A stretch of DNA of 64,000 bases from contig OZ242320.1 in NCBI GenBank assembly GCA_965208125.1, forward strand, positions 1,792,001 through 1,856,000, written 5' to 3'. Each line of letters starts with the position of its first letter. Position 1 is the stretch's first letter. This document shows positions 1-9,900 of the stretch, piece by piece. Origin of the DNA: Candidatus Latescibacterota bacterium (GTDB taxonomy: Bacteria > Latescibacterota > UBA2968). Under the pieces are notes generated by a model. It saw only the letters and a program-made list of their open reading frames with translations, ran no database searches and was not told the DNA's origin. A program made the position numbers and the translations under genes.

Positions 1-804
1 AACCTCTTCCGCGCAGAGAACTTTTCTCATGTCATCAACCTCGCAGCTCAGGCGGGTATGCCTTACAGCCTGAAAAATCCCCAAGCCTTCGTCAAAAGCA
101 ATGTCATGGGCTTCCTCAACATCCTGGAAGGATGTCGCCATTGCGGCATCGAACATCTGGTCTATGCATCCTCCAGTTCCGTTTATGGCTTGAACGCCAC
201 CACGCCTCGTGGCGTCCGTCAAAGCGTCGATCATCCGATCAGCCTTTACGCAGCGACAAAAAAATCAGATGAACTAATGGCGCATGTGTATAGCCATCTA
301 TACGGCATCCCGACCACAGGATTGCGCTTTTTCTCCGTGTATGGGCCCTGGGGACGTCCAGATTTTGTCGCCTATCTGTGGACCAGAGCCATCCTGGAAA
401 ATCAACCAATCAAAGTCTATAATCACGGAAAAATACGCCGCAGTTTTACGTACGTCAGCGACATTGTCGAAGGCGTGACCCGCGTTTTGTCAAATCCCGC
501 AAAGCCAGATCCCGAATGGACGGGACAATGCCCCGATCCGGGATCGAGTTCCAGCCCTTATCGGATCTACAATATCGGCAATCCGAATGTCATAGAACTG
601 GAGTATTTCCTCTCGCTATTAGAGGACTTGCTGGGCAAAAAAGCCATCCGAAAAGATTTGCCCATGCAGCCCGGAGATGTACAGGATAATGCAGCAGATG
701 TATCAGACCTGATGCGAGATGTGGGCTACAATCCCACAACGCCCATAGAAACAGGACTTGCAAATTTCGTCGCGTGGTATAAGGACTATCACAACGTAAA
801 ATAA
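1..804 (+). CDS. NAD-dependent epimerase (UDP-glucuronate 4-epimerase-like), 5'-truncated by window edge
   Basis: Frame open from base 1 (…HVINLAAQAGM); YASSSSVYG, SLYAATKK (SDR YxxxK), GLRFFSVYGPWGRPD. Confidence 0.92.
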   Translation, partial: NLFRAENFSHVINLAAQAGMPYSLKNPQAFVKSNVMGFLNILEGCRHCGIEHLVYASSSSVYGLNATTPRGVRQSVDHPISLYAATKKSDELMAHVYSHLYGIPTTGLRFFSVYGPWGRPDFVAYLWTRAILENQPIKVYNHGKIRRSFTYVSDIVEGVTRVLSNPAKPDPEWTGQCPDPGSSSSPYRIYNIGNPNVIELEYFLSLLEDLLGKKAIRKDLPMQPGDVQDNAADVSDLMRDVGYNPTTPIETGLANFVAWYKDYHNVK

Positions 805-905
805 AGATGAGATAGGCGTTGAACAGGTGCATCCAACTGTATGCACTTGCGCCAGAAACTCGCAGGTGTAGCACAAATCATTCTCAAATTTTATCTCATT
901 GTTTT

Positions 906-971
906 TCAAGCACTTGAATAATTTCAAGTGCTTTTTTTTGTGCCAAAACGATTTTTGGCACGAATCTTGCA
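906..971 (+). promoter_or_regulatory. sigma54 -24/-12 promoter with upstream IHF-like inverted repeat (copy 1)
   Basis: TGGCACGAATCTTGCA at 956-971 (GG-N10-GC); AAGCACTTGA…TCAAGTGCTT upstream; palindrome GTGCAT-N8-ATGCAC near 827-846 as possible activator site. Confidence 0.75.
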
Positions 972-1150
972 CTAAATAGAATGAGACACTGGAAGTGGTT
1001 TCACGAAACCAGTGCCAAACACAATAAAGAAAGGAGATCCCCACACGTCACGGCGTTTCACAGCACTGCCATATATCCCACCTCAAAGATGAAAGGAGGC
1101 AACGCAACATCACGGGTTTTCATAGTTCTATTGTAGATCACACCTCAAAA

Positions 1151-1498
1151 ATGTATAGGAGAATCGTCATGAAAAAGCGAATCAGGACAAACAAAATGCG
1201 CTCTCACATCCTCATCCCGTTTCTCATGGTTGGAATGGGACTTGGAATTTGGATAAGCTGTTCCACAGACAATATGATCTCCAGCATAGACCAGACCTCA
1301 ACCGACGATGGCGTCTCCGGTCAAAGATCGGTTGGAACAAAGCCTGCTGTTGGGGGTTCAAATTATGCCGACTTTCACCCACAGACGAATGTCAATTACG
1401 ATCCTTTCGACTTTTCTTCCGAGAAAGGAGTCTCCCGTGACTATAAAATCTGTAGTATTCACATTGATTGCCTTCACCTTTTTTGCTTGCGGCGATAG
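1151..1498 (+). CDS. Putative lipoprotein, probably truncated
   Basis: Basic N-terminus, hydrophobic stretch and lipobox-like WISC; 3' end overlaps next gene. Confidence 0.4.
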   Translation: MYRRIVMKKRIRTNKMRSHILIPFLMVGMGLGIWISCSTDNMISSIDQTSTDDGVSGQRSVGTKPAVGGSNYADFHPQTNVNYDPFDFSSEKGVSRDYKICSIHIDCLHLFCLRR

Positions 1499-1901
1499 CC
1501 CAACAAAGCCTCATTCTCCTGTCATTGTGCATACACTTGTGAGCGATTCTTACGACTCTGGCGGCAACATCTCTATCTATGATAGTCGCCTAAAAAAGAT
1601 ACACCACTACATGATCGAACTCGTCATAACACAAAAAGGTGAAGACCCACGAGAGAAAATTGGGCATACAATCGCTGATAGCATTATCCCGAGCCAACAA
1701 TTTTTTCAAGATATGGCTGAAGAATGGATGGACCAAAACGCCCTTGACTTTGTTGTTTCTATCACCGAAGGCTTCATTCGCATTGCCGACCCCAATAGGA
1801 CAATTTTAGCCTATGCAGAGGTTGTCAAAAATGCTTATGATGGTGACAACAAATCCGCTCATCTCGTTATCCATTTTGCTCCTACAGCCGGGGATCTTTA
1901 G
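1437..1901 (+). CDS. Putative lipoprotein
   Basis: AAGGAG RBS plus GTG at 1437; MTIKSVVFTLIAFTFFAC-GDS lipobox. Confidence 0.6.
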   Translation: MTIKSVVFTLIAFTFFACGDSPTKPHSPVIVHTLVSDSYDSGGNISIYDSRLKKIHHYMIELVITQKGEDPREKIGHTIADSIIPSQQFFQDMAEEWMDQNALDFVVSITEGFIRIADPNRTILAYAEVVKNAYDGDNKSAHLVIHFAPTAGDL

Positions 1902-1905
1902 GAGG

Positions 1906-1943
1906 TGGAGTTACCCCGCTTCGGTGGAGAGTTTAGGGCTTGT
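1906..1943 (+). repeat. IS-end-like repeat; empty form of the MITE target
   Basis: TGGAGTTACCCCGCTTCGGTGGAGAGTTTAGGGCTTGT; reverse complement matches the joined flanks of the MITEs at 8704 and 62105. Confidence 0.75.
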
Positions 1944-1983
1944 CAACCCATCGGCTCGACGACTCCCGGTAATCACGAAAATG

Positions 1984-2018
1984 AAAAAAGCGAGTCCTTT
2001 TAGGCTCGCTCTTTTTTT
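1984..2018 (+). terminator. Rho-independent terminator
   Basis: AGCGAGTC…GGCTCGCT hairpin plus T7; A-run before it. Confidence 0.7.
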
Positions 2019-2299
2019 AAAATATATCGCTCAGGTCTTATCTGGTGGCTTCTCAAACACCTTTAATTCTGCATCCAGATTATAGATAGAGATGATGTTC
2101 CGATTCCGTCAACCTGGTCAACTTGTCGTAGTCTATGGCGGCAACATGATCAATCCTGAACTCCACCAGATCACGACTCAGGTGAAGTATGCCTTTTATT
2201 TTTATTTTTTCTTCCGCAAAATAAGCATATCATGTAATGCCTTACAATTCAAGACAAAATATAGCCATCCTGATGAGACCAGAATCTCGAGGTGGTACG

Positions 2300-3460
2300 A
2301 TGAACACTCAAAGCGAGCATAGAGACCAAACCCTCACAGCACTTGAAGAGGCGGCAAGCCATTACAAAGCGATCCTGGAAACCACCGTTGACGCGATTAT
2401 TACGATTGACAGTCAGGGGATTGTACAAACATTCAATTCTGCTGCCGAGAAGATATTCGGCTATCGCGCTGAGGAAGTGATCGGAAACAATGTCAAGATG
2501 CTGATGCCCGCGCCTTACCGCAGTGAACACGATAGCTATATTGGCAGATATTTAGAGACGGGCGTACCCAAAATTATCGGAACAGGACGTCAAGTGACTG
2601 GCCTGCGTAAAGATGGAACTGAATTTCCAATGGATCTGGCTGTCAGTGAGGTCCCCTTAAAAGACAAGCGATTATTTGCTGGCATTATCCGCGACATGAC
2701 AGAGCGCATACTGTTGGAGGAGCAATTGGTGCAATCAACCAAACTCGCAGCCGTGGGTAGATTGATTAGCGGGATTGCACATGAGGTGAACAACCCCGTG
2801 AGCATTATCAAACTCCATATCACCAGTGTGATGCAAAATATCGAAAGTCAAAAATTGCCAGAGGACCTGATTGAGACGCTGAAGGTCATTCAACGCCAGA
2901 ACAATAAGGTCGGGCAGATCATATCGGGACTACAGGCTTTTTCTCGGCAGGGATCTTTCAGCCCTGACTGGATCAATATCAACCAGACCGTGCATACTGC
3001 CTTGAGACTGGTTGAAAATACGCTGCAAAATCAGGACATTGTGTATCATGCTGAATTGGAAGACAGTTTGCCCAAAGTGTTGTTGGATCCCATACGCATT
3101 GAGCAGGTGTTGTTGAATCTGTTTAACAATGCGATTGAAGCGATGCCCGGTGGCGGTGTTTTGACCGTATCAACGACACTGGAGACAGACCAGACAGATG
3201 AAGATTGGGTGGTGGTCCGGATAAGAGATACAGGCACGGGCATTGAGGAAGAACATCTCAGCCATCTATTTGATCCTTTTTTTACAACCAAAGAAGTGGG
3301 TGAAGGAACCGGCCTGGGTCTTTCGGTCAGTTATGGTTTAATTCAAGAGCACAAAGGCCGAATTGAGGTGAGCAGTCAACCGGGCAAAGGCAGTGAGTTC
3401 CAGATTTATCTTCCCGTAACGGAGGAAGAAACATGGACAAAGAGAAAATCCTCGTCATAG
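2300..3460 (+). CDS. PAS sensor histidine kinase (FixL-like PAS, NtrB-type kinase core)
   Basis: PAS LMPAPYRSEHDSYIGRYLETG…IIG; H-box IAHEVNNP; N, D, F and G boxes; start at 2300 after GAGGTGG (alternative 2237). Confidence 0.9.
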   Translation: MNTQSEHRDQTLTALEEAASHYKAILETTVDAIITIDSQGIVQTFNSAAEKIFGYRAEEVIGNNVKMLMPAPYRSEHDSYIGRYLETGVPKIIGTGRQVTGLRKDGTEFPMDLAVSEVPLKDKRLFAGIIRDMTERILLEEQLVQSTKLAAVGRLISGIAHEVNNPVSIIKLHITSVMQNIESQKLPEDLIETLKVIQRQNNKVGQIISGLQAFSRQGSFSPDWININQTVHTALRLVENTLQNQDIVYHAELEDSLPKVLLDPIRIEQVLLNLFNNAIEAMPGGGVLTVSTTLETDQTDEDWVVVRIRDTGTGIEEEHLSHLFDPFFTTKEVGEGTGLGLSVSYGLIQEHKGRIEVSSQPGKGSEFQIYLPVTEEETWTKRKSSS

Positions 3461-4788
3461 ATGACGAGCAGGATATGTTGCGCGGTTGCCAGAAGTTTCT
3501 GGAGACAGCGGGATACGCGGTTGTCGTAGCAGATTCGGGTAAGGCTGGAATCGCGTTGTTCGAGACTGAAAACCCCGATCTGGTCATAGTGGATTTGAAA
3601 ATGCCCGGAATGGACGGGATGGCTGTACTTGAAAGCATTATGGCACGCGATCAAGAGGCTATTGTGATCGTCTTTACCGGATATGGAACCATTGAGAGTG
3701 CAGTGAAAGCGATCAGAGCAGGCGCGTTCGACTTTGTTCGTAAACCATTTGATCCAGATACATTTTTAATCGTAATAGAACGGGCATTGAAACTGCGGCG
3801 CGTGAGGATAGAGAACAGTGCTCTCAAGCAAATGCTGGATACGCGATTCCGGTTTGAAAACATCATCGGGAACAGTGAAGCGATCACGCAGGTATTTGAT
3901 CTGATGCGGAAAATCAGTGACATAGATGCCAACGTCCTGATCACGGGGGAAAGTGGAACGGGAAAGGAACTGGTTGCCCAGTGTATTCATGCCAATAGCA
4001 AGCGCAGCCATAAGCCGTTTGTGCCGCTCAACTGTGGGGGCCTGCCAGAGCCTCTCATTGAAAGTGAGATATTTGGTCATACAAAGGGGGCATTCACAGA
4101 TGCGAAACAGAATCGCGTCGGGTTAATCGAACACGCGAAGGGCGGGACATTTTTTCTCGATGAAATCGGGGAATTGCCCATGCCCCTTCAGGTGAAATTC
4201 TTGCGGGTTTTGGAAGATCACAAAATTCGCAGGTTGGGAAGCAATCAGGAGATAGAAATCGACATCCGTCTCATCTCGGCGACCAATCAGAATATCGAGG
4301 CATTGATTGAAGCAGGTAAGTTTCGAGAAGATTTATTTTATCGACTTAACACCTTTGAGATTCACCTGCCACCTCTCAGGGAACGGCAGGGAGATATTCA
4401 ACTTCTTGTTCATCACTTTTTGAACGACTTTACCGAGACCTCTGAAAAAGTGGTTCAAGGAATTTCCACCGAGGCGATGGATGTATTGTGCGAATATACC
4501 TGGCCAGGCAATGTGCGAGAACTGATGCATGTGATAGAACGCGCTGTCGCACTGTCAGAAGAAGGTCGTGAAATTACGCCTGATTTGTTCCCAAAGCCTA
4601 TTGGGGGTAGCCTGGGGATAGAGACACAGACTAAAGGCCACTTAAAAGCGAGGGTCGCAGTGTTTGAAAAACAGATGATCCAGGATGTGCTCAAGAAACA
4701 CGCAGGCAATATCACGCAGACGGCTGAAGAATTGGGGCTGACCCGCGATGGTTTAATAAAAAAGATGGCGCGCCTGAAGATGCGTTAG
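3433..4788 (+). CDS. sigma54-dependent response regulator (NtrC/AtoC family)
   Basis: Receiver (DD…DLKMP), Walker A GESGTGKE, GAFTDA, FFLDEIGE, WPGNVREL, C-terminal Fis-type HTH. Confidence 0.95.
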   Translation: MDKEKILVIDDEQDMLRGCQKFLETAGYAVVVADSGKAGIALFETENPDLVIVDLKMPGMDGMAVLESIMARDQEAIVIVFTGYGTIESAVKAIRAGAFDFVRKPFDPDTFLIVIERALKLRRVRIENSALKQMLDTRFRFENIIGNSEAITQVFDLMRKISDIDANVLITGESGTGKELVAQCIHANSKRSHKPFVPLNCGGLPEPLIESEIFGHTKGAFTDAKQNRVGLIEHAKGGTFFLDEIGELPMPLQVKFLRVLEDHKIRRLGSNQEIEIDIRLISATNQNIEALIEAGKFREDLFYRLNTFEIHLPPLRERQGDIQLLVHHFLNDFTETSEKVVQGISTEAMDVLCEYTWPGNVRELMHVIERAVALSEEGREITPDLFPKPIGGSLGIETQTKGHLKARVAVFEKQMIQDVLKKHAGNITQTAEELGLTRDGLIKKMARLKMR

Positions 4789-4802
4789 CAAATTGGACGT
4801 GA

Positions 4803-4987
4803 CCTTGTGAGGTGTATAATTTTTTCGTGGTTTCTTTTCAAATCGTATAAAAAATTATATACTTCGCAGAAAGCAACAACTTATAGCACCTGAAACATAA
4901 AAATTTTATCTTTTTGTTTTTCAAGCACTTGAGCATTTTCAAGTGCTTTTTTTTTGCGTTAGATAATTTATGGTACGCATCTTGCTT
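4803..4987 (+). promoter_or_regulatory. sigma54 promoter module (UAS + IHF-like site + -24/-12), copy 2
   Basis: TGGTACGCATCTTGC at 4971-4985; ~185-bp near-identical direct repeat of 8284-8467. Confidence 0.75.
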
Positions 4988-5051
4988 CATATTTAGATAC
5001 AACAGTTTCCAATCAGTAAACGCTGTATCCTCAACCAAAGGAGAGTTGAAG

Positions 5052-6032
5052 ATGACTGAGAATAAATGGAAAACCGATGTGTGCAACCCTGTGTATTGTT
5101 CAATCGGCTTGCTTTTCATTCTGTGTCTGTTCTCTGTGCCATTGGCATGGGGGGATTATCAGGATGGTAGGGAGGCATATAACCGAAAGGACTACACAAT
5201 AGCACTGGAGGCATTGCGATCTCTCGCCGAGCAAGGCCATGCTGGCGCGCAGTATGTCATCGGCTATATGTATTACAAAGGTCAAGGCGCGAAGAAAAAT
5301 GGTGCGGAGGCTGTGAAATGGCTCCGCAAGGCTGCCGATCAAGGAAATGTCAAAGCGCAATTACGCCTTGGCATGATGTTTCGCATGGGGTCGGGCGTGT
5401 CGAAAAACTATGCGGAGGCGCAGATGTGGCTTCGCAAAGCGACCGAGCAAGGGGATGGCAAAGCAGGGTACAATCTCGGTTTGATGTATTACAGAGGCGA
5501 AGGGGTGGATAAAGATGAAGAAGAGGGGTTAAAGTGGTTTCGCAAGGCTGCCGAAGCAGGCTATGTCAATGCTCAACTCGCGCTTGGTGGCATGTATTTG
5601 AAAGGCCAGAGTGTTGCCAAAGACAATGCAGAAGCCGTGAAATGGTTTCGCAAGGCCGCTGAGCAAGGCCATGCCATGTCTCAGTTTGCTCTTGCCGACA
5701 TGTATTCCAGAGGTAAGGTCGTTGCAAAAAACTATACAAAAGCCGTGAAGTGGCTTTGCAAGGCCGCCGCAGGTGGAAATGCTCATGCCCAATTCGCCCT
5801 GGGCAGATTCTATGTTACGGGTGTAGCTGAGCTCGGCGTGTCGAAAGATATCGTGGAGGCGCACAAATGGTTGAGCCTATCTGCGGCACAGGACCATGAG
5901 AAGGCACGCGAAAAACGCGATGAGATTGCCCAACTGATGACCCCTGAGCAACTTGCCGAAGCCGAGCGCCGGGCGCACGAATGGAAATGGAAGCAAATTG
6001 AGAAAGTGCAAAGTAGGCAGGCTGGAAGATAG
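5052..6032 (+). CDS. Secreted Sel1-repeat protein
   Basis: Signal peptide and ~6 repeats AQxxLGxMYxxGxGVxKxxxEAxKWxRKAAxQG; ATG at 5052 after AGGAGAG. Confidence 0.9.
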   Translation: MTENKWKTDVCNPVYCSIGLLFILCLFSVPLAWGDYQDGREAYNRKDYTIALEALRSLAEQGHAGAQYVIGYMYYKGQGAKKNGAEAVKWLRKAADQGNVKAQLRLGMMFRMGSGVSKNYAEAQMWLRKATEQGDGKAGYNLGLMYYRGEGVDKDEEEGLKWFRKAAEAGYVNAQLALGGMYLKGQSVAKDNAEAVKWFRKAAEQGHAMSQFALADMYSRGKVVAKNYTKAVKWLCKAAAGGNAHAQFALGRFYVTGVAELGVSKDIVEAHKWLSLSAAQDHEKAREKRDEIAQLMTPEQLAEAERRAHEWKWKQIEKVQSRQAGR

Positions 6033-6054
6033 GCTGTGGACTTGACCCGTTTCG

Positions 6055-6183
6055 GATGCTGTTGCCGAATTTCGAATCTGTCTCGATGCAACTAAACATA
6101 AGGCTTACAGAGCCTGCATTCAGGCCACAAATAGCCTTTTTTGTAATCGCAGACTCCCTCCCCACCAATTCGGCAACAGCATC
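6055..6183. mobile_element. MITE copy 1 (17-bp TIR GATGCTGTTGCCGAATT)
   Basis: Perfect TIRs; interior similar to 8704-8831 and 62105-62225; no coding capacity. Confidence 0.85.
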
Positions 6184-6300
6184 TAAAGCGGGATAACTCC
6201 AGTGGTTGTCGGTTGTAAAAAGCTGTGTGATTTCGGTATCTTGTGAGAGTGATATGGGCAGATCAAGCGGTGTACAAACCTGCGCTCTAATTGGCGTTAA

Positions 6301-7107
6301 ATGGGACTGCGATTCAATATGTTTTTAAATCAAAAAAAACTGGTGAGAATACTGATTATTTTGTATTTGCTACTTGGGGGAATGGATGCTGTAGCAGAAC
6401 AAAAGAAGAAAGAAGATGCAAAAGAAAAAAACAAGGAATGGATTGGAGTCCTGGGAGGTCTGTCGCAATTTTACTTAAAAGATGAATTGGGTTCCTACTT
6501 GCGATTCGGAGGTCAGACGCAATCCATCGCTTTGACTGGACTAACCGAAAAACTCAAAAGCTACCAGTGGGGGTCTGGTGCATTCGGTACTGGCAAACTC
6601 CAGGCGCCTTTTGCAAGTGTTGATCTAATGTATATGCAGATTGAATTTTTTTACGGTCGCTATTTGGCATCCTATTTCGAGAAAAAAATGAGGGTGAGCA
6701 TAATGGGAGGCGGAACAGTGGAAATATATCGCAAAAAGTATGCCTATCCGCGTCTTAGTGAGCAGGTTTCAGATATGATTTTGAGTCTGAATTTTGCGGT
6801 GGCGGGTGACTATCGTCTCAATGCAAGACACCATCTCAAAGCATATATGGGTAGCAATATCGCGTCGTACAATAATATCTATCACGTACCGGGAACCAGT
6901 CTTTTGCTCAGCAAGTACCGTTTCGCATTGTGGAACCGCTTTTTGCACGTCAATATGGGTGTTCAATACGAAAACCAACTGTTATCATCCATGCGGCTTT
7001 ATGTACTTTATCGCATGGATTTTCGACGCTTGCAAAGGCGTGATCGTATGTCCTCAGCGTTCACGCATAATCTGTTGATCGGTTTTGCTTACAAGTACAA
7101 AGGCTAA
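6301..7107 (+). CDS. Exported protein, probable outer-membrane beta-barrel
   Basis: Signal peptide, amphipathic strands, aromatic C-terminus; 5 bp upstream of the S41 gene. Confidence 0.6.
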   Translation: MGLRFNMFLNQKKLVRILIILYLLLGGMDAVAEQKKKEDAKEKNKEWIGVLGGLSQFYLKDELGSYLRFGGQTQSIALTGLTEKLKSYQWGSGAFGTGKLQAPFASVDLMYMQIEFFYGRYLASYFEKKMRVSIMGGGTVEIYRKKYAYPRLSEQVSDMILSLNFAVAGDYRLNARHHLKAYMGSNIASYNNIYHVPGTSLLLSKYRFALWNRFLHVNMGVQYENQLLSSMRLYVLYRMDFRRLQRRDRMSSAFTHNLLIGFAYKYKG

Positions 7108-7112
7108 TAGAT

Positions 7113-8183
7113 ATGAAACGGTGCGTACACATACTATGGGTCGTTGTCATCGGTGTTCTTACTTTTTCCTGTGGAAAATCCATCATAGGTGGAGACCAAG
7201 ATCTATCTCCCGAACACAACTTTGAAATTCTGTGGCAGGAATTTAACGATTTTTACGCACTATTTGAGACCAAGAATGTCGATTGGGACGGGATTTACAG
7301 GTTTCTTCGCCCCAATATCACACCTCAATCTACTCCACAGGAACTATTTGAAATCTGTGCTCTCATGTTGGAATATCTCAATGACCGGCATGTCGCTCTC
7401 GTTACGCCATTTAGTGGTTTTTTATCAGGGCGCAGTGATGAGCCTTTAACTTTTGATCCGAGCATAGTCGGAAGAGATACGACAATTGTGCTTGGCGGTA
7501 GAAGAGACGAGTCTTTCGATTTTGACCGCGTCAGAAATTATGTTGGAAATATGCACAGTCAGAGCAGTCTTCAGTATGGTATTATCCAGAATCATATTGG
7601 GTATCTTTTTATTCCTGGATTCTCAGGGTCTGTTAAAGACTGGGAACGCGATATTGACGCTGTATTAGAGCAGTTGAGGAATACGTCTGGCATAATTATT
7701 GATCTGAGACAGAACTCGGGGGGCTTGCGGAAGTTGTCTAAAGTTATAATGTCCCGATTTATTGAGACAACACAGGTATATGGCTATGAAGAATTTCGCA
7801 ATGGCCCCAATCGATCTGATTTTACATCTCCTCGTGAACTGAAAATAGAACCTGCGGGCACACGGCAGTATATCAATCCCATTGTTTTGCTTGTTGGAAG
7901 AAATACCGGGAGTGCGGCTGAAAAAATTGTTTTGGCTCTTAGAGAACGCCCACATGTCACGGTTGTTGGCAGCCCGACCGCAGGTGCGCTTGGAGCCACT
8001 AAGCGAGGCCAATTGCCCAATGGGTGGACTTACCAACTCACGATTTCTAAGTTTGTTTCTGGGGATGGGATAAGCTATGAAGGTATCGGTATTCCACCCG
8101 ATATTGCGGTCAGCTTTTCCGATGCCTCCCCGACGGACGACCCCGTGCTTGAGGCGGGTATTGAGGTTTTGGCAGGAACGTAA
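7113..8183 (+). CDS. S41 family peptidase, lipoprotein
   Basis: Lipobox FSC; IIDLRQNSGG, TGSAAE, VVGSPTAG, GIGIPPD. Confidence 0.9.
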   Translation: MKRCVHILWVVVIGVLTFSCGKSIIGGDQDLSPEHNFEILWQEFNDFYALFETKNVDWDGIYRFLRPNITPQSTPQELFEICALMLEYLNDRHVALVTPFSGFLSGRSDEPLTFDPSIVGRDTTIVLGGRRDESFDFDRVRNYVGNMHSQSSLQYGIIQNHIGYLFIPGFSGSVKDWERDIDAVLEQLRNTSGIIIDLRQNSGGLRKLSKVIMSRFIETTQVYGYEEFRNGPNRSDFTSPRELKIEPAGTRQYINPIVLLVGRNTGSAAEKIVLALRERPHVTVVGSPTAGALGATKRGQLPNGWTYQLTISKFVSGDGISYEGIGIPPDIAVSFSDASPTDDPVLEAGIEVLAGT

Positions 8184-8283
8184 GAGAGGGCATAGATCAT
8201 GTTTATCAGATATCTTGGGCTAATGTCATAGACATTTTGCAATCTTTTACCTCACAACTTGAGTTAAACTATAGTACTGGAGT

Positions 8284-8467
8284 CCTTGTGAGGTGTATAA
8301 TTTTTTCGTAGTTTCTTTTTTAATCGTATAAAAAATTATACACTTCGCAGAAAGCGACAACTTATAGCACTTAAAATATAAAAATTTTATCTTTTTGTTT
8401 TTCAAGCACTTGAGCATTTTCAAGTGCTTTTTTTTATTTTGAAAAATTTATGGCACGCATCTTGCTT
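8284..8467 (+). promoter_or_regulatory. sigma54 promoter module, copy 3
   Basis: TGGCACGCATCTTGC at 8451-8465; 14-bp inverted repeat GTGTATAATTTTTT/AAAAAATTATACAC at 8293-8343; IHF-like TTTCAAGCACTTG. Confidence 0.8.
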
Positions 8468-8517
8468 TATAGAATGTGCAAGAAAATAACAACAATTAGA
8501 TTTTACTAAGGTGACTT

Positions 8518-8688
8518 ATGAATGTTCAGACACAGATAACAATACGCGATTATTTGGCTCATCTCGCCTTACTCTATGCTATCTGGGGCGATAAAGTTCG
8601 ATCCGAAGCCTTGCGCACGATGATGAGTAGAATAAACAGAGATAGAGCAGCGACCAGTACAATCACAGGCTTGAAAAACAAGCCCTAA
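8518..8688 (+). CDS. Small ORF (56 aa) below the ORF-track cutoff
   Basis: TAAGGTGA RBS; MNVQTQITIRDYLAHLALLYAIWGD…NKP; directly after the sigma54 promoter. Confidence 0.45.
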   Translation: MNVQTQITIRDYLAHLALLYAIWGDKVRSEALRTMMSRINRDRAATSTITGLKNKP

Positions 8689-8703
8689 ACTCTCCGCCAA
8701 AGC

Positions 8704-8831
8704 GATGCTGTTGCCGAATTCCGAATCTGTGTTGATGCAACTAAACGGGCTTACAGAGCCTGCATTCAGGCCACAAATAGCCGTTTTTCTAATCGCAGAC
8801 TCCTCCCTCCCCACAATTCGGCAACAGCATC
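8704..8831. mobile_element. MITE copy 2
   Basis: GATGCTGTTGCCGAATT…AATTCGGCAACAGCATC. Confidence 0.85.
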
Positions 8832-8983
8832 TAAATAACTCCAGTGGATGCTCTCAGATACGAGTGAATGGCCCTGCTTGCGTACGTGATCCATAGAAAT
8901 TTCAGAAGCGAGTGCGTCTTTGTTACAGCGCCGTTATGCTCTGGAAATGGTTACTATATGTCTTAAACAGAGAGGTGAGACAT

Positions 8984-9883
8984 ATGTATAAAATTTCAGA
9001 CTTCAAAATTCCGGATCGGCTTAACCTGGACACAGACTGGAGCATTGGTGAGACAGCATTTGAGAGAATCGCAACCACGCTTCTTCAGATGTCCCCAGTA
9101 GAAAAAATTCTCGAATTTGGGAGTGGTCCGAGTTCTATCCGTCTGGCGATGGCGTTTTCTGAAACTCAAGTTCTGTCTGTGGAAGGCGACTGGCGGAATT
9201 ATGCAGAGACCATGAATCTGATGCAAACATTCTGGAATAAACGCAATCTATCGATCAAATATCGTCCAATTACACCTGAATCTTATGGAGACGCGGAATT
9301 TTTGACTTATAAAGATGGGATGTTTTGGGATGACCAAAAAGAGATAGATTGCGTGATTATTGATGGTCCGCCTGTCTATACCTTGCGAGGTCGAGAGGCG
9401 TGTCTCTACCAGATTTATGATCAGATCAAGACTGGTGGTCTGGTCGTCCTGGACGATTTCAGAAGGCCTTATGAGAAGCAAATTGTCGAGAACTGGCTAT
9501 CCGTCTATCCCGGTAGTTTTACAGTGGAAATGATCCGCGAAGACCACCATCTGGCCGTGCTGCGTAAGGTCAGATCCACGACACCGTGTTGGGATGCGCC
9601 TTATAGGCTTTCTGATGTTCAGTCTGTCAGTAAAATGCTCGCCCGCATTACACAGGCATTATCGCAGGTTGATGATGTGTACTTGAGAGTGCTGGCCAAA
9701 GCGAATAACTGCTATGAGACAGATCTGATTGACCTATTCAACATCCTTCGCAACATCTATGGGGTAACACCTGAGCATATCCACAAGTTCGCGGATCGAA
9801 ATGCTACACTCCCACCAGACGCGAAAAAAAGAAAACAGAATGCCTGTTATATGACAATTTTCAATGCGTTTTTTCGGAACTGA
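8984..9883 (+). CDS. Class I SAM-dependent methyltransferase-like protein
   Basis: ILEFGSGPSS (motif I), VIIDGP, GGLVVLDD; GAGGTG RBS before ATG 8984. Confidence 0.75.
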   Translation: MYKISDFKIPDRLNLDTDWSIGETAFERIATTLLQMSPVEKILEFGSGPSSIRLAMAFSETQVLSVEGDWRNYAETMNLMQTFWNKRNLSIKYRPITPESYGDAEFLTYKDGMFWDDQKEIDCVIIDGPPVYTLRGREACLYQIYDQIKTGGLVVLDDFRRPYEKQIVENWLSVYPGSFTVEMIREDHHLAVLRKVRSTTPCWDAPYRLSDVQSVSKMLARITQALSQVDDVYLRVLAKANNCYETDLIDLFNILRNIYGVTPEHIHKFADRNATLPPDAKKRKQNACYMTIFNAFFRN

Positions 9884-9900
9884 ATGTACAGGGGGGAGAT

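Noticed and set aside
4914-5051. N-terminal extension of the Sel1 ORF and ORFs 703-1044, 4838-5119
   Set aside because: They run through the repeated promoter module; their mutual similarity reflects the DNA repeat.
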